Origin: Promethearchaeota archaeon
Lineage (GTDB): Archaea; Asgardarchaeota; Lokiarchaeia; Sigyniarchaeales; SOKP01
NCBI GenBank assembly: GCA_016840165.1
Contig: JAEOSU010000070.1
Span: 14,051 to 78,050, forward strand
DNA: 64,000 nucleotides
Direction of reading: 5' to 3'
How positions within the stretch are numbered: position 1 is the stretch's first letter; each line of letters opens with the position of its first letter. Made by a program: the position numbers and the translations under genes. Positions 29,389 through 39,941 of this stretch are shown here, one piece after another. The notes beneath the pieces were generated by a model, which had not been told where the DNA came from, made no database searches, and saw only the letters and a program-made list of their open reading frames with translations.

Positions 29389-30585
29389 CTAACTTTTCTC
29401 TTCTTTAAGAGGAGAGAGTTTCCTTAATCGTTGGACAATGGGAGGAAGTTTTTCAAGAAAATAGTTAATCTCCTCTTCGGTAGTAAACCTACCCAAGGTA
29501 ATTCTTAGCGAACCATGTGCATCTTGGGGTTTTAGTCCAATAGCGAGTAATACGTGTGATGGTTCTAATGATTTCGAAGAACATGCAGAACCTGTAGATA
29601 CTCCAATCCCTTCAAAGTCTAAATCTAATACCATTGATTCTCCTTCAATATATTGAATCGAAACGTTCACATTATTTGGAAGGCGCTTTGTAGGATGTCC
29701 ATTTAGGAAACAATGATCAATATTTTCAGTAAGGTTATGTATAATTTTATCCCTTAGAGCAGTTAATCGCTTAATTTCTTCAGGCATTTCTTTTTTTGCT
29801 AAATCTAAAGCTTTCACAAAAGCAGATATTCCTGGTACATTAACAGTGCTCGGACGTAAGTCTCCCTCATGACCTCCACCATACATTAATGGTTGGATAT
29901 ATTTTCCTCTTCCTTCTCGAATGCCTTTATTTCGGATATACAACATACCCACTCCTTTTGGACCATAAATTTTATGGGCGGAAGCAGATAATAAGTCAAT
30001 ATTTAACTTATTTACATCAATTGGTATTTTTCCTAATGCTTGAACAGCATCGGTATGAAAAATAATATTATGCTCTTTAGCAATTGTTCCAATCTCTTTA
30101 ATTGGCTCTATAGTTCCAATTTCATTATTAGCAAACATAATACTTATAAGAATCGTCTTATCAGTGATGGTATCTTCTAATTGCTTCGTATCGATTAATC
30201 CATATTTATCGACCGGCAAAAAAGTAATTTCGAAACCATTTTTCTCCAAATATTCGCAAGGCTTCTCGATCGCATGATGCTCAATAGAGCTGGTGATAAT
30301 ATGATTACCATGCCTTCTATTCTTTAATGCCACTCCCATTATAGCTAAATTATCTGATTCAGTACCTGAAGACGTGAAAAAAATATCATTCCGCTCTGCA
30401 TTTATTAAAGAAGCAACAAGTTCACGTGATTCAACTAAACTTTTTGCAGCTTTTTGACCCATCGAGTGCAAACTCGAGGAATTGCCATAATATTCATTTA
30501 TACTATTTTTGTAGACCTCTATAACCTGGGGATCCATAGGTGTAGTTGCCGCATAATCTAAATACACATATTTGGACTCATTCAC
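29389..30585 (-). CDS. iscS: Cysteine desulfurase IscS/NifS (MisS)
   Basis: YLDYAATTP, SAHKIYGPKG (PLP Lys), STGSACSS. Confidence 0.95.
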   Translation of the reverse strand: MNESKYVYLDYAATTPMDPQVIEVYKNSINEYYGNSSSLHSMGQKAAKSLVESRELVASLINAERNDIFFTSSGTESDNLAIMGVALKNRRHGNHIITSSIEHHAIEKPCEYLEKNGFEITFLPVDKYGLIDTKQLEDTITDKTILISIMFANNEIGTIEPIKEIGTIAKEHNIIFHTDAVQALGKIPIDVNKLNIDLLSASAHKIYGPKGVGMLYIRNKGIREGRGKYIQPLMYGGGHEGDLRPSTVNVPGISAFVKALDLAKKEMPEEIKRLTALRDKIIHNLTENIDHCFLNGHPTKRLPNNVNVSIQYIEGESMVLDLDFEGIGVSTGSACSSKSLEPSHVLLAIGLKPQDAHGSLRITLGRFTTEEEINYFLEKLPPIVQRLRKLSPLKEEKS

Positions 30586-30699
30586 GATTCATCACTATAA
30601 GTATTAATTAATATTAAATTCACTTATATTCTTAAAATTAATATTAGATTTTATATTGTTAATATAATTCTTATAAAAATATTTTAAAAGGGAAAACAT

Positions 30700-31254
30700 A
30701 TGTTTAAGCTCTTATGGGGAATTACAGGAACTGGATATGTATTAGATGAATCTATTGCCCTCATGGAAGATTTACAGAGCAATCATGAGATAAATATCAC
30801 GGTAATACTTTCAAAGGAAGGAGCCGCAGTGGTTAAATGGTATAAAAAATGGTTAAAATTGACTGAAACAGTCAAGAAAGTATCCATCGAGAAAACACCT
30901 AATATTCCGTTTTATGCGGGACCGGCGCAGATTGGAAAGTTCGATTTTTTTCTCGTATGTCCAGTATCCGCGAATAGTGTTGCCAAGATAGTATATGGAC
31001 TTGCTGATACGTTAATTACTAATTGTGTTGCCCAGGCGATTAAGGGAGGCCAAAAAGTATACATTTTTCCCTCAGACCAAGATACTGAACCAATTGTGAC
31101 TACTAGACCTGATGGAAGCCCATTAGTATTAAAGATTCGAGATATCGAGTTAGAAAACATCAAACGATTAAATCAATTGGAAGGTATCCATGTAATTTCC
31201 AACTTTTCTGAGATTAAAGAGCTTATTTTAGATGCACTCAAAGTAAAAGAATAA
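30700..31254 (+). CDS. Archaeoflavoprotein AfpA / dihydromethanopterin-reductase-like flavoprotein
   Basis: WGITGTG, PVSANSVAKIVYGLADTLITN..QAIKG. Confidence 0.8.
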   Translation: MFKLLWGITGTGYVLDESIALMEDLQSNHEINITVILSKEGAAVVKWYKKWLKLTETVKKVSIEKTPNIPFYAGPAQIGKFDFFLVCPVSANSVAKIVYGLADTLITNCVAQAIKGGQKVYIFPSDQDTEPIVTTRPDGSPLVLKIRDIELENIKRLNQLEGIHVISNFSEIKELILDALKVKE

Positions 31255-31286
31255 TCACAGCATTGCTCAACATTAAAATGCTGTAC

Positions 31287-31817
31287 TCATGATTTATACA
31301 TTACTGGTTTAATAGCACCCTCAGGGCATAATAACTCGCATTTCAAACATCCTTGACATTTTGCTATTTCTTTAAACTTGTATCGAATTCCAGTAATTTC
31401 TTTATCTCCCTTATGAATTTTTCCTAAATAAAACAAGTTTTTCGGACAGAATTTACCACTATCTTCTAAACAAATACCGCACATATTGCATAATTCATGG
31501 TCAACTTTAATAGAAACAACCTGTTCTGGAACTGTCACGGAGGTGACTTCAATTGCATTGCGAGGACAGACAAGAACACAATTCAAACATGCCTTGCATT
31601 TCGAATAATCTACTTTTCTAATACTATTTTCGAAATAGATGGCTTCTGCCTTACAAGCTTTAACACAACGTTCGCAATGTAGACATAACTCTTGATTTAT
31701 CTGAACGGGAACAAACTTTTCCTTAAAAGTAATAACCTCCCATTTACTAATCTGATTTAGAAAATAATTGATTAAAAATAAACTTAGATCTAATGTAATA
31801 TAAATTAATAATATCAT
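31287..31817 (-). CDS. Polyferredoxin (4Fe-4S dicluster domains); true start probably near 31730-31710
   Basis: CLHCERC..C, CKACLNC..CP, CNMCGIC...CP, CQGCLKC..CP. Confidence 0.85.
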   Translation of the reverse strand: MILLIYITLDLSLFLINYFLNQISKWEVITFKEKFVPVQINQELCLHCERCVKACKAEAIYFENSIRKVDYSKCKACLNCVLVCPRNAIEVTSVTVPEQVVSIKVDHELCNMCGICLEDSGKFCPKNLFYLGKIHKGDKEITGIRYKFKEIAKCQGCLKCELLCPEGAIKPVMYKS

Positions 31818-31862
31818 TTGATAAAAAATAGGAAAAAAAAAAATTTGGGATACTTACACAGA

Positions 31863-32666
31863 TTATTGAAAATATTGAGTATAGCGTTCTTTAGGTTCTT
31901 GGGGTAATTGTTGCTGTCTCTGATATTGCTGAGCTTTTTCAGCCAACTCTAACATCTTAGCTTTAATCTCCTTCCCTTCTTCTATGAGCTTAGAAGTTTC
32001 TATATTTAAACTATAAATTTGATTCAATACTTCAATAATAGAAGCAGCACCTTCCGGGGTAGGGATCTCTAATACCGGAGTAAATAGGGCATAAGCTCTT
32101 AGCTTATTAGTTAGAGCTTCATTAAGGATTGTAGCTTCAGGGCCAACAATAATTCCCTTGTCTACTTTTTCCAAACCGTATTGCTCCAATCTGCCCATCA
32201 CTTCCTCTTCAGCAGCATAATAGACAGGATAATCATCAATAATCCCTCTTTGGGGGATTCCCTGAAAAATTAAGACCTCTTTAGCTTTCACATCTTCTGA
32301 TAATAACCAATTAGTTATTGTTTTGCTTAGATCATTATATGCCGTGGAAACTTGAAATGGAACTTCTACAATTCCCACTATTAGATTATGCTGAGGAGAG
32401 TAATATAATCTGAATGGATGCTTTAAGACTCCCTGATAAAAAACAGAAATTGGAGGAAGATATTCAGAGGTCACGAACCCAATTTCTTTAATATCTGGGA
32501 TCTGTTCAATTAAAGCATTAGCTACGATAGGTCCGATTAATCCCACACCAGCAAATCCTAGTATCATAGTGGCTCCCTCCTTTATTTCAGTTTGTAAATC
32601 TTCGATGATCAGAGTGCTTCTTTTACCCTTTTCGCAAATATATTCCTTTTTAACCATAATCAACAC
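31863..32666 (-). CDS. PAC2-family proteasome assembly chaperone
   Basis: GFAGVGLIGPI, PFRLY, PTPEGAA, LIEEGKEI. Confidence 0.85.
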   Translation of the reverse strand: MLIMVKKEYICEKGKRSTLIIEDLQTEIKEGATMILGFAGVGLIGPIVANALIEQIPDIKEIGFVTSEYLPPISVFYQGVLKHPFRLYYSPQHNLIVGIVEVPFQVSTAYNDLSKTITNWLLSEDVKAKEVLIFQGIPQRGIIDDYPVYYAAEEEVMGRLEQYGLEKVDKGIIVGPEATILNEALTNKLRAYALFTPVLEIPTPEGAASIIEVLNQIYSLNIETSKLIEEGKEIKAKMLELAEKAQQYQRQQQLPQEPKERYTQYFQ

Positions 32667-32872
32667 ATGTAATTAAATGAATTTTAGGATATCTATTTGA
32701 TATAGATAAAAATTATTTTATTACTATACTTAGTGAATAATTCGCTATAAAATTTGATCTCTTATAAATATTCAATTTTATAACAGATATTAATAAAAAT
32801 GATAAAATAAACTATTAAAAAATCAAAGAATTATAAATAATAGAATTATTCAATTATTTTAATAGGTGAAAA

Positions 32873-33670
32873 ATGCTTCTAGAACTTAGGAATGTAACTA
32901 TTCCCACTGAAGACAAAAAATGTGTTATTGTAAACAATATTTCTTTCGGTATTAAAGAAAAATCTATTCACGCTATAATTGGTCCAAATGGGTCAGGTAA
33001 AAGTACACTTGCTTACACCATTATGGGCTTAGAAAATTATAAGATAAGCCAAGGACAGATTTTGTTTGATGGGAAAGATATTTCTGATATGAATATCACC
33101 GAAAGGGCTAAATTAGGGATTACCTTAGCCTGGCAAGAACCTGCAAGAATAGATGGTCTATCGGTATTGAAATATATTTCTTTAGGAATGAAAGATAAGT
33201 TAAATCTTGTAAAACAGGTAAGTGAAACTTTAAAAATTGTCAATTTAGAACCAGAAAGATATATTAATCGAAAGATAGATGAATCCCTAAGTGGTGGTGA
33301 ACGAAAACGTATAGAACTTGCTGCCGCAATCGCCATGAAACCACGATTAATCATCCTTGATGAGCCAAGTGCTGGTTTGGACTTTATCGTTATCGAAGAT
33401 TTTATGAATATCTTTGCGAAAATAAAAAAATTGGATATGACTGTACTTCTAATAACTCATCGTGAAGATGTGGGATTGGTAGCAGAATATGGTACTCTTC
33501 TTTGGCGAGGTGATCACATTATAACTGATGAATTTCCTAAAGTAATGCTTAGATATTGTGCTAAAGCAGGACTTCGAGAATTTTGTAAAAGAACTCTATA
33601 TAAGAATGGTGCTGCTTGTTTTGACGAGGATTATATTGAAAGAATTTTTCGGGAGGAAAGTACATCATGA
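32873..33670 (+). CDS. sufC: SufC-like ABC ATPase (SmsC)
   Basis: GPNGSGKST, LSGGERKRIEL, ILDEP; C-terminal Cys residues; ATGA overlap with sufBD. Confidence 0.85.
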   Translation: MLLELRNVTIPTEDKKCVIVNNISFGIKEKSIHAIIGPNGSGKSTLAYTIMGLENYKISQGQILFDGKDISDMNITERAKLGITLAWQEPARIDGLSVLKYISLGMKDKLNLVKQVSETLKIVNLEPERYINRKIDESLSGGERKRIELAAAIAMKPRLIILDEPSAGLDFIVIEDFMNIFAKIKKLDMTVLLITHREDVGLVAEYGTLLWRGDHIITDEFPKVMLRYCAKAGLREFCKRTLYKNGAACFDEDYIERIFREESTS

Positions 33671-34629
33671 GTAAAACTGAATATCCTGAAGAAATCTTAC
33701 AAAGTCTTGAAGATTATAACATTGATATTCGAGATTTCATGCCAGGTCATGGAAAAGGTGCCAAATTACTACTTAATTTCAACAAAATTTCCGGAATAGA
33801 ACAAGTTGAGGGAATAATCTTACAAGGAAAGGAAATTCCAAATGGAATTATTGCTGATGTTATAATCAAAAAGGGAACTAAACATGAGGAACCAATACAT
33901 CTTTGTTTTGGTGTAAATAAAGAGTCGGGAATCCAAGAGATTTTTCCAAGAATTATCGCTGAAGATAATACCGATGTTAAAATTCAAGCACATTGTAGTT
34001 TTCCAAATGCAGATGGATTGATTCACAAAATGTTCGGTCATTTCTATGTAGGAAATAATTGTAATTTCGAATATAGCGAGACTCATTATCATGGAGAGAA
34101 GAGTGGAGCATTAGTTGCTCCAGTAGGTTATATGTATATCGGTGAGAATAGCGTTTTTGTTAATAATTTTAATTTGACGAAAGGTACTCCAGGTCAGGTA
34201 AAAATTCTAATTGATATCTATGCTATGAAAAACAGTGTGATAAAGTCAAATATTAGAGCGTTCGGAAAAAATAAACATGATTCAATACGAATTCGAGATT
34301 CTGTATTCCTTGAAGGTGAAAGGGCAAGAAGCATTATAAAAATGAAAGCTGCAGCACGAGATGGTGGTGAAGTCTTGATGTATGGTGTAACAGAAGGAAA
34401 TGCACCATATACAAATGGACATGTGGAGTGCAGCGAAATTGTTTTGGGGCAAGGTTCGATCTGTAGGGCACGTCCATTTATTAGAGCTACAGATCCCACA
34501 TCAAGTGTTTCCCATGAAGCTTCTTTAGGAAGATTCCCTCAAAAATGGTTGAATGAGTTACAAGCAAAAGGTTTGACCGAAGAAGAGGCCACCGATATCT
34601 TAATCCAAGCAATGTTAGGTGAAGAGTAA
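33667..34629 (+). CDS. sufB: SufBD-family Fe-S scaffold (SmsB)
   Basis: PIHLCFGV, AHCSFPNA, GHVECSEI, SHEASLG. Confidence 0.85.
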   Translation: MSKTEYPEEILQSLEDYNIDIRDFMPGHGKGAKLLLNFNKISGIEQVEGIILQGKEIPNGIIADVIIKKGTKHEEPIHLCFGVNKESGIQEIFPRIIAEDNTDVKIQAHCSFPNADGLIHKMFGHFYVGNNCNFEYSETHYHGEKSGALVAPVGYMYIGENSVFVNNFNLTKGTPGQVKILIDIYAMKNSVIKSNIRAFGKNKHDSIRIRDSVFLEGERARSIIKMKAAARDGGEVLMYGVTEGNAPYTNGHVECSEIVLGQGSICRARPFIRATDPTSSVSHEASLGRFPQKWLNELQAKGLTEEEATDILIQAMLGEE

Positions 34630-34670
34630 TAATTAATTAAATTTTGATTAATATTAAAAAAAAGGTTTGA

Positions 34671-35192
34671 ATGATGGCAAAAAAAAATATAAAATTAGGG
34701 GATAAAGCCCCATTGTTTAAAAAAGATTCATTTAATGCAGGAGTCATTGATTTAGGAAAATTGATAGGGGAAAAGAAAATAATACTAATTTTCTCCCGAT
34801 ATTTTGGTTGCCCTATATGTCAACTTGATTTTAACATACTTCTTGAAAATCTCCAGGAGATTTACGAAAAGGGGGCAAAACTCTTATATATTACTCAATC
34901 GGGTGATAAAGTAGCAAATGAATATATCAAGAAATATCAAATTGATTTTCCTGTTATATCCTCTATAAAAGAGGATTTATATGCTGAGTACGGCTTAGGG
35001 ATGATGAGTGTACGTACTTTTTCCAAAGTTCGCGGAAAATTAAAAGAAGCTAAATCACAAGGAATAGAACATGGTGATTATGAAGGATGGGAAAAACAAG
35101 AACCAGGGCAGTTTGTAATAGATGAGAAAGGTACAATTATCCATGCACAAACAGGATGGTTATACCTTCCAGGAATATTTGAAGTATTATAA
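34671..35192 (+). CDS. AhpC/TSA peroxiredoxin-like thioredoxin-fold protein
   Basis: GDKAP, FSRYFGCPIC, PGQFVID. Confidence 0.8.
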   Translation: MMAKKNIKLGDKAPLFKKDSFNAGVIDLGKLIGEKKIILIFSRYFGCPICQLDFNILLENLQEIYEKGAKLLYITQSGDKVANEYIKKYQIDFPVISSIKEDLYAEYGLGMMSVRTFSKVRGKLKEAKSQGIEHGDYEGWEKQEPGQFVIDEKGTIIHAQTGWLYLPGIFEVL

Positions 35193-35227
35193 ATAAAAAT
35201 ATTAAAGATTGATAGGAGCAATAAGAA

Positions 35228-35872
35228 ATGAGGGAGAACACAAAATATCATGGTCATCTTTTTAATGGAAAAAGAGTTATTGATGAGATTCAGCCTTGGT
35301 TCGACTTTGGAACAGGAAAACCTTGGGATGATGCAGATATTCCTTGGGTTTTAGATAATAAAGTCCGTAGAGAGATTTTAATTATTCTTGCGAGTGGTCC
35401 TAAAAGCTTAAAAGAAATTCATGAAAAAACAAACTTTTCACCAAAACCATTACTCATAGATACAGATCAATATACACCAACAGTACAGTATCAATGGAGT
35501 GAAGAAACAATTCAAAATCATTTGATGAATCTCGAATGGTATAAATTAATAAAATCTGTTGATGATAAGTATGAATTAACGTTTCCAATTTTCAAATATC
35601 AAGATAGTAATCAATTAGATCAATATGCTCTTAAGTTCGCTGATTACTGGATAAAAATTGTTTTAGATATGAAAAACGAATTCCAAAAATTTTATACCAA
35701 CTTTGATCAACAACCAGAATTATTAGAGATTATTATTGATAAAGCTGTTAATAAGCTTTATGAACTTTTGAAAGAACAAAAGATGCTTCCTAATGAATCT
35801 AATTTAAAAGCGTTATGGGCAGAACAAATTAGAGCTATCAAATTTGAAGATTGGGTAAAAAAAGCGTTTTAA
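35228..35872 (+). CDS. ArsR-like winged-helix protein with an insertion
   Basis: LDNKVRREILIILASGPKSLKEI...IQNHLMNLEWYKLI. Confidence 0.55.
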   Translation: MRENTKYHGHLFNGKRVIDEIQPWFDFGTGKPWDDADIPWVLDNKVRREILIILASGPKSLKEIHEKTNFSPKPLLIDTDQYTPTVQYQWSEETIQNHLMNLEWYKLIKSVDDKYELTFPIFKYQDSNQLDQYALKFADYWIKIVLDMKNEFQKFYTNFDQQPELLEIIIDKAVNKLYELLKEQKMLPNESNLKALWAEQIRAIKFEDWVKKAF

Positions 35873-36048
35873 AATTAAGTTTAATATAGAATTTTTTACA
35901 TTTTCCTCTAATATTACCTGCATATCACTTAATTTCAAAAGAGAAACTCTTATGTTCTTATTATATATATGTGGATATTTCTCTACTATTATACACATAT
36001 CCGCTTGTAGATTGAAGATTTCAAATAGTACTTAGGTATGAAATTATC

Positions 36049-36312
36049 ATGATAAGTTCTGATCTAAATGAATCGGAGTCAATTTTAAACTTAAAAGACT
36101 TATTTTATGAAATTGATGTTTCGGCAGAGATAAAGCAAAAGATTGAGAATATTCCAAGAAATTCAATTAACGAAAACATGAAATTGCTGCAGCAAATTCA
36201 ATCAATCCTCCAAAAATGCGCCCATTTAACAGAAAAGCAAAAACTCTTATATTGTGAAAGCCAAAGATATTTTATGAAACTCTATCTACGTGATGTAAAT
36301 CGTCAAAAATAA
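36049..36312 (+). CDS. Hypothetical protein
   Basis: 87-aa helical ORF filling an intergenic gap. Confidence 0.45.
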   Translation: MISSDLNESESILNLKDLFYEIDVSAEIKQKIENIPRNSINENMKLLQQIQSILQKCAHLTEKQKLLYCESQRYFMKLYLRDVNRQK

Positions 36313-36360
36313 TTGTATTTTCTTCAATATTTCCTTTCTCTTTAAGTAAAAAACACTTTC

Positions 36361-38094
36361 TTATTGGTAGCGATTAATGATTTCCTTGATGACTAAAGCA
36401 ATCAAATCTTTAGATTTTTTAATAGGATAAAAACTCATTTTCGTGAGTAAATCTTTAAATTTGGCTTTAGGAATTTCAGAAGAACCAATGAAAAATCCTA
36501 CAACATGGTGTCCTTGTTCTAATAATTTTAAAAATGTTTTTTTTGATGAATTCCAGTTATATATTCCAAAATCTGTAATAATAAAGACTAAAACCTTCTG
36601 ATTTGCTTTCTGACACTGTTTAGATATCTCATTAAGTGGCAACTGTGTTCCCCCTCCTTGATATCGCAATAAAATTTTTTCAGCATCTTTATAATTTGTG
36701 GTCCAATCACAAATATCGGCTTTATTAGAGAAATTAATTACACTAAATTTTATAGCTTTTTTAGCAACATAATGAAGAGCAGCAAAAGCAGCGATTAGTG
36801 CTGTATGATACGTTCCTTTCGGATGTTTAGATTTATAATTCCAATTCATAGAACCAGAAGAATCAAGTACAATTAGCAAATCCGGGATATCTTTTTCTCT
36901 CAAGCGGACTCCGCTTTCTCTTTTAATCCATTTCCTTGTGGTTATATTAGGAATAATGATAGGACTATTTAATAAGCTTTGAGTTATATCTAATGAGTCT
37001 ATAGGATCCCCTAATCGCCAGGTTTCAGGGTAAATAGGCAACTCATCACCTTTTTGTTCTTCATAGATCTCAATTTCAATGAGATTTTTTGCTTGGCCTC
37101 GGTACCAAGTAGCTAAAGGATCTAAATTTAGAAGGATTCCTGCTTGATTTGCGGGGGCTCCGAATTCTGAATATGGAATCTCTTTTGCAAATTCCTCGGC
37201 TTTTTGTATCAGTTCATCTTCATTTTCGAATTTTAATTTATCAATATTCCTACTTTCAAGTGGATTGTCCATTATTTCAATAACATCTTCAGGTATATCT
37301 ATTTCTAATCGTTCTTTTCCTGGGTGTTTTTTCCTAACAAAATGGTTCTTTTTCTTGAAGGTTTTACCCACTAAATTAAAATTTTCTACAATTAATGGTT
37401 TTAACAGTAAAGCAAGTTTAGATACCTTCTTTTCCCATAAAGATTCATCCTCGAATTTGGTGTTAATAATTTTTTCTGCTTTTTCCGCAAGTGAATTTAA
37501 GTTCTTAACAACTTGAGATTTAGCATCTATTATTCTAATACTTAGTAGCCTTTCATAAACTTGAAATAAAAAGAGAGAAAAAGTGCTTATATGGTTATCA
37601 TTAGCGTCTAAAATATGTTTATAGGTTGTTTTTAATTCCCATGATATGAGTTGAGGATATCTTATATGTAATTTTTTATCAATAATCAAATCGGCAAATA
37701 TATTAACTACTATTGGCGCAAAAACTTCATTAACGTGCTTCATTGCAGCATTTAATAATTTTGCATTAATTAAACCATCATAGGGAATAATCTGATAATG
37801 CGATACCTCATGAAGAGTTATGGCATGAAAATAATTAATGTAATCATGATTATCTGTAAATAAAGGTGAGTTTGCTAGATTCATAGTAATTTGCCATTTA
37901 TGGGCGGGATCAATATAAAATCCTTCTTTATTGGAATATTCAAAGACATAATTAGGTTCACTTAAAGGGGGATAATAAAGATCTCTCATCGTTTTATTCC
38001 ATGCTTCTTGAGCAAATTGGAGGAGTCTTTTTTCTTTTATAGTTAATTTTAGTTCCTTTTTTTTTATAGAATCTGACTTCTTTATTTCTGACAT
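36361..38094 (-). CDS. HExxH metallopeptidase-like domain plus vWA domain protein
   Basis: ITLHEVSHY..NIFAD; MIDAS LDSSGSM, GGGT, ITDF. Confidence 0.85.
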   Translation of the reverse strand: MSEIKKSDSIKKKELKLTIKEKRLLQFAQEAWNKTMRDLYYPPLSEPNYVFEYSNKEGFYIDPAHKWQITMNLANSPLFTDNHDYINYFHAITLHEVSHYQIIPYDGLINAKLLNAAMKHVNEVFAPIVVNIFADLIIDKKLHIRYPQLISWELKTTYKHILDANDNHISTFSLFLFQVYERLLSIRIIDAKSQVVKNLNSLAEKAEKIINTKFEDESLWEKKVSKLALLLKPLIVENFNLVGKTFKKKNHFVRKKHPGKERLEIDIPEDVIEIMDNPLESRNIDKLKFENEDELIQKAEEFAKEIPYSEFGAPANQAGILLNLDPLATWYRGQAKNLIEIEIYEEQKGDELPIYPETWRLGDPIDSLDITQSLLNSPIIIPNITTRKWIKRESGVRLREKDIPDLLIVLDSSGSMNWNYKSKHPKGTYHTALIAAFAALHYVAKKAIKFSVINFSNKADICDWTTNYKDAEKILLRYQGGGTQLPLNEISKQCQKANQKVLVFIITDFGIYNWNSSKKTFLKLLEQGHHVVGFFIGSSEIPKAKFKDLLTKMSFYPIKKSKDLIALVIKEIINRYQ

Positions 38095-38112
38095 ATTATA
38101 AGTTTAATTAAT

Positions 38113-39837
38113 TCACTCTTTTTGGATGTATTCTAAACTTTCTAAAAGTGAGCGTAATTTCAAGGCATCTGCACCACCAGAAACCTGAATATTTACTATT
38201 GAATCGTCTTTAATTCCAGTTACATTCGTCTCAATTAAAATTTGTTCTGCTCGAATCTGTTTTGTTTGCCTTTTGCTAAATGCTTGTTTTAATGGTTGAT
38301 CTAAGTTAGGAAATTCAGCTGCAATTTCTACCCAAACTTCTTTGTGATAGGAATACTTAAAGGTGAAATCAGAAACCGTTTGTTTATAAAGCTCTTGGTC
38401 GCACCAATTAATCAAGTAAGCGCGGTTTGGAAATTCGAGATCATCAATTAAGTTACTCCTAATTTCGGATAAGCTTTCTATATCTCCACTCTTTACAGAT
38501 TTATCTATTTTTTCAGCTAATTTAGCATATTTCTTTATTTTTAGCGACTTACTGAAAGGCAGTAAGTCATAATTTACAATTAAATCATTTTTTGCATATT
38601 CATTTAATATCTCTAAATCTTTATCTTCTGAAGCTCCATCGCGAAAGCGAGTGGCAATTTCATAACAAGGAATGCGATTTACAAATCGTTTATTAATCAT
38701 ATCAATGATATGATGAGTAAAATCATACTTATTACCCCAGAATGGTGCTTTTTCCAATTCTCGGGATGAATAATTAACACGATGAGAAATAACATATGGT
38801 GCAATAGAATTTACGATATTTATGTCAACTTCATTGAGATTCAGCAGCCATGCTAATGCTTTTGAATATCTCAGAAGGTCTTTAGCTACGCGTACACTTA
38901 AAATCGAATCAATTTTATTACACACACTTTGATTTGTGTTATAGTGACAACCAGAACATAGACCAGAACTTGGTTTAAGATTTTCGGAGTTACCTTTATC
39001 TACTCGGGCACACAATGTGAATTCTCGAATTATCGCATGAATGTAATTATTTACTTCAGATTTAAATCTCATTCGGTTTACGTAATACCAAATTTCCATT
39101 AATGCATCAATACTTAGAATTTCAGGGACTTCAATTAATTCATCATATCCGGAATATTTTTCATCTTTACCCCTAAGGATGAGAGATAAATCATTACTAC
39201 TAGGCATTGAGATGGGAACTGAGATTCCGAATCGATCAAGAAAGGGTTGAGACAATTCAAAGGTCCCTACATCTTGAGGATTTATAGTAGAGTAAAGCGT
39301 ATATTTTTCGATTGTAGCAACTGCATCATAATATTTTACTTTTCCTTCTGCCAATAAAGATAAGAGGATGTCCTGAGAGTAAGGTGTTAAACGATTTACC
39401 TCATCAATTATCTTCCAAAAACCCGTAACAAATTGCCTCCAGACTACTTCTTCTATACCATCTTTCATTAATTTTCCTAACTTTAAAGTACCAGTTAGCT
39501 TTTCTTCTGTAAGTTGGGGGTGCCCCCGAACTATTGAGTTTTCAATTTCATCTAATCGCATACCAGTAAACATGCGACCTAATAACTTCACTAGAGTTGT
39601 TTTACCTCCTCCATGCCCCCCGACTAAAAGCATAGCTGAATTTGGAACTAGAGCGTTTAACACACATAAGGATAAGATTTCTGGTAATACTTTTTTGTTA
39701 GTTTTATTTTTCTTGTCATCATAATACTTAATTTCCAAGTTTTTCGAATGGACGAATAATTGATTTGCTTGAATAAGATTTAAAGTATTCCATACTTTTT
39801 TCCTTAATAACTCTTCCTCTCCTAGAGTCTTTATCAT
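38113..39837 (-). CDS. MoxR-family AAA+ ATPase
   Basis: GGHGGGKT, IIDEVNR, STINP, FLDRF, SVR. Confidence 0.85.
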   Translation of the reverse strand: MIKTLGEEELLRKKVWNTLNLIQANQLFVHSKNLEIKYYDDKKNKTNKKVLPEILSLCVLNALVPNSAMLLVGGHGGGKTTLVKLLGRMFTGMRLDEIENSIVRGHPQLTEEKLTGTLKLGKLMKDGIEEVVWRQFVTGFWKIIDEVNRLTPYSQDILLSLLAEGKVKYYDAVATIEKYTLYSTINPQDVGTFELSQPFLDRFGISVPISMPSSNDLSLILRGKDEKYSGYDELIEVPEILSIDALMEIWYYVNRMRFKSEVNNYIHAIIREFTLCARVDKGNSENLKPSSGLCSGCHYNTNQSVCNKIDSILSVRVAKDLLRYSKALAWLLNLNEVDINIVNSIAPYVISHRVNYSSRELEKAPFWGNKYDFTHHIIDMINKRFVNRIPCYEIATRFRDGASEDKDLEILNEYAKNDLIVNYDLLPFSKSLKIKKYAKLAEKIDKSVKSGDIESLSEIRSNLIDDLEFPNRAYLINWCDQELYKQTVSDFTFKYSYHKEVWVEIAAEFPNLDQPLKQAFSKRQTKQIRAEQILIETNVTGIKDDSIVNIQVSGGADALKLRSLLESLEYIQKE

Positions 39838-39941
39838 AACGATTCACTTTCAAAGATTTGTTTTATTATTTAAATTATACTATAATTCTATTTATACGAT
39901 AGTATTACATCATTAATCGAGGGAGTAATTAAAATTAGTAG

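Noticed and set aside
34671-35192. Selenoprotein (in-frame TGA) in the redoxin or ferredoxin
   Set aside because: The CxxC motifs use Cys codons, and the TGA stops I checked fall at natural protein ends.
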